This document shows positions 63,800 through 64,000 of a stretch of DNA of 64,000 bases, one piece after another. This DNA comes from Octopus sinensis. Lineage: Eukaryota. Within the stretch, counting starts at the first letter, position 1, and every line of letters starts with the position of its first letter. The stretch is taken from positions 84,940,001 through 85,004,000 of the forward strand of contig NC_043004.1 of NCBI RefSeq assembly GCF_006345805.1, given 5' to 3'. Under the pieces are notes generated by a model, which saw only the letters and a program-made list of their open reading frames with translations, did no database searches and had not been told where the DNA came from. The position numbers were made by a program, and so were the translations under genes.

Positions 63800-63990
63800 G
63801 AGCTGGCAGCAGCGTTAGCACACCGGTTTGTCGTCTGTCTTTACATTCTGAGTTCACATTCCACCGAGGTCGACTTTGCTTTTCATCCTTTCTCGATGGA
63901 TAAATTAAGTATCACTTGCACACTGGGATCGATCTAATCGACTGGCCCCACTCCCAAAATCTTTCAGCCTTGTGGCTAGAGTGAAAAGAA
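63800..63990 (+). mobile_element. SINE family B
   Basis: gagctggcagcagcgttagcacaccgg..ttctgagttcacattccaccgaggtcgactttgcttttcatcc. Confidence 0.75.
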
Positions 63991-64000
63991 CATTGAGATG

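Overview
AT-rich eukaryotic DNA, dense in microsatellites and dominated by mobile-element debris. I could not support any host protein-coding gene, rRNA, functional tRNA or CRISPR array. The microsatellite load and SINE/LINE spectrum suggest an octopus-like cephalopod genome (inference; needs a BLAST check). Contents: (1) five R4/Dong-type non-LTR fragments, four of them abutting (TAA)n tracts; (2) two 98.5%-identical copies of a 529-bp non-coding element that also sits only in (TAA)n; (3) two CR1/L2-group LINEs, one with a 712-aa RT ORF, whose 3' tail matches the window's commonest SINE; (4) two RTE fragments and one Tx1/L1 fragment; (5) a Penelope-like GIY-YIG fragment and several Penelope-type repeats; (6) DD37D and DD41D Tc1/mariner fossils, a 398-bp non-autonomous Helitron and a fold-back MITE; (7) about 30 tRNA-derived SINE pieces in four modular families; (8) several local duplications and a 100-N gap. 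The most interesting signal is five type I hammerhead ribozyme folds (17337-17401, 37519-37569, 37888-37938, 39376-39464, 52635-52677), mostly in Penelope-type repeats that form fold-back palindromes next to (TA)n. All assignments were made by eye from motifs and base pairing; no database search was run.
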